Shown here: piece after piece, positions 63,332 to 64,000 of the stretch | Position numbering within the stretch: the first letter of the stretch is position 1 | Layout of the letters: every line of letters begins with the position of its first letter | Source of the DNA: Fusobacterium necrophorum | GTDB taxonomy: Bacteria; Fusobacteriota; Fusobacteriia; Fusobacteriales; Fusobacteriaceae | NCBI RefSeq assembly: GCF_004134945.1 | Contig: NZ_SBAP01000001.1 | Span: forward strand, 83,401-147,400 | DNA length: 64,000 nucleotides | Direction of reading: 5' to 3' | Program-made: the position numbers and the translations under genes | Notes under the pieces: model-generated | Told to the model about the DNA's origin: nothing | Database searches by the model: none | The model's input: only the letters and a program-made list of their open reading frames with translations

Positions 63332-63358
63332 AATTTGTTACCTCCTGTTTATATAAAA

Positions 63359-64000
63359 TTATTTTATTTCGTTTTTGCAAGCTCCGGTTTCTAGGTATTC
63401 TTTAATATTGTCAAAACTTGTTTCAATCATATTCAAAGCAGCTTCATCTGTGTAAGATCCCACATGTGGGGTAATAATTACTTTCGGATACATCGCTACC
63501 AGTTTTTCAAAAGCGGCTGTCGGCAATTCTTTTTCGGAAAAATCTTTGAAGAATAAAGAAACTTCATTATCCAAAGTATCAATTCCCGCTCCATATACTT
63601 TTCCGCTTTCCAATGCTTCTACCAAAGCATCTGTGTCTACCAATTCTCCTCTTCCTGTATTAATAAGGATAACATTATCTTTCATCTTCGCAAAAGCTTC
63701 TTTGGTAATCACTTTTCCATTTTCCTTAATATAAGGAGCATGTAAAGTAATAATATCGGATTGTGCCAGTAACTCATCCATAGATACTTGTGTTACAATA
63801 TCTTCCACTCCCGTTTTAGGGAATAAATCATAACCTATTACCTTTGCTCCCAATCCTTTAAACAGTTTAGCAGCTGTCATTCCGATTCTTCCTAATCCGA
63901 CAACTCCAACAGTACAGTTTCTTACTTCTCTTGAGAACATTTGCTTATCGACGATAAAATTTTTATCTTTTGTTTTATTTCCCGTATAAGTTACATTTCT
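63359..64000 (-). CDS. D-isomer-specific 2-hydroxyacid dehydrogenase (candidate (R)-2-hydroxyglutarate dehydrogenase HgdH), 5' end beyond the window
   Basis: NAD-binding GxGxxG ([11 protein letters not shown]) and the catalytic R/E/H region of the D-2-hydroxyacid DH family. Hand translation shows the frame stays open from 63940 to the window edge, so the true start is outside the window. Confidence 0.75.
   Translation of the reverse strand, partial: RNVTYTGNKTKDKNFIVDKQMFSREVRNCTVGVVGLGRIGMTAAKLFKGLGAKVIGYDLFPKTGVEDIVTQVSMDELLAQSDIITLHAPYIKENGKVITKEAFAKMKDNVILINTGRGELVDTDALVEALESGKVYGAGIDTLDNEVSLFFKDFSEKELPTAAFEKLVAMYPKVIITPHVGSYTDEAALNMIETSFDNIKEYLETGACKNEIK

Overview
The window is AT-rich (low GC). 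Its gene content (glutamate fermentation via 2-hydroxyglutaryl-CoA, DUF4143 ATPase, BspA-type LRR, DUF2147 paralogs) looks like a Fusobacterium-type chromosome. This organism call is an inference, not a database hit.

Layout, left to right:
- 1-2272: a long minus-strand ORF missing from the supplied track because it has no in-window stop. It encodes a sensor histidine kinase with a HATPase N/G1 box.
- 2273-8152: tex, a small coupled ORF, TetR, tonB-exbD-exbB with a DUF2147 gene, and YbaN.
- 8308-13881: flavodoxin, a D-serine module (dsdX-dsdA) with a divergent XRE-cupin regulator, and an overlapping amidotransferase-GNAT pair.
- 14250-20726: an accessory and defence island beside a 5-tRNA cluster. 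It holds a Type III restriction-modification system with intact res and a mod gene split into three ORFs. One break coincides with a 14-unit GT/CA dinucleotide tract, the hallmark of a phase-variable mod. The second break is a non-repeat frameshift. A partial relic of a mod 3' end sits upstream, followed by a DUF4143 AAA ATPase.
- 21058-21476: tRNA-Asp/Val/Glu/Lys/Gly on the minus strand.
- 21551-29711: a tightly coupled minus-strand operon (glpX-ftsB-def-priA-PBP/PASTA-yihY).
- 29808-35639: an aroB::ppx/gppA fusion, arginase-family hutG, and bioF-bioG-bioC.
- 35729-47519: M42 peptidase, peptide substrate-binding protein, a second DUF2147 gene, and a P-type cation ATPase whose 190-nt leader carries a GGGAGUAG motif and an overlapping intrinsic terminator (riboswitch candidate). 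Then SPFH, a flavodoxin-ferredoxin fusion coupled to bioA-bioD-bioB, and birA.
- 47597-64000: the full glutamate fermentation supercluster (hgdCAB, gltS, gcdA, gctAB, gcdBCD). It is preceded by a PRD/EIIA-type regulator and an intracellular S8 subtilase, then a second gltS and a partial D-2-hydroxyacid dehydrogenase (candidate hgdH).

No CRISPR array, transposase or integrase was seen.
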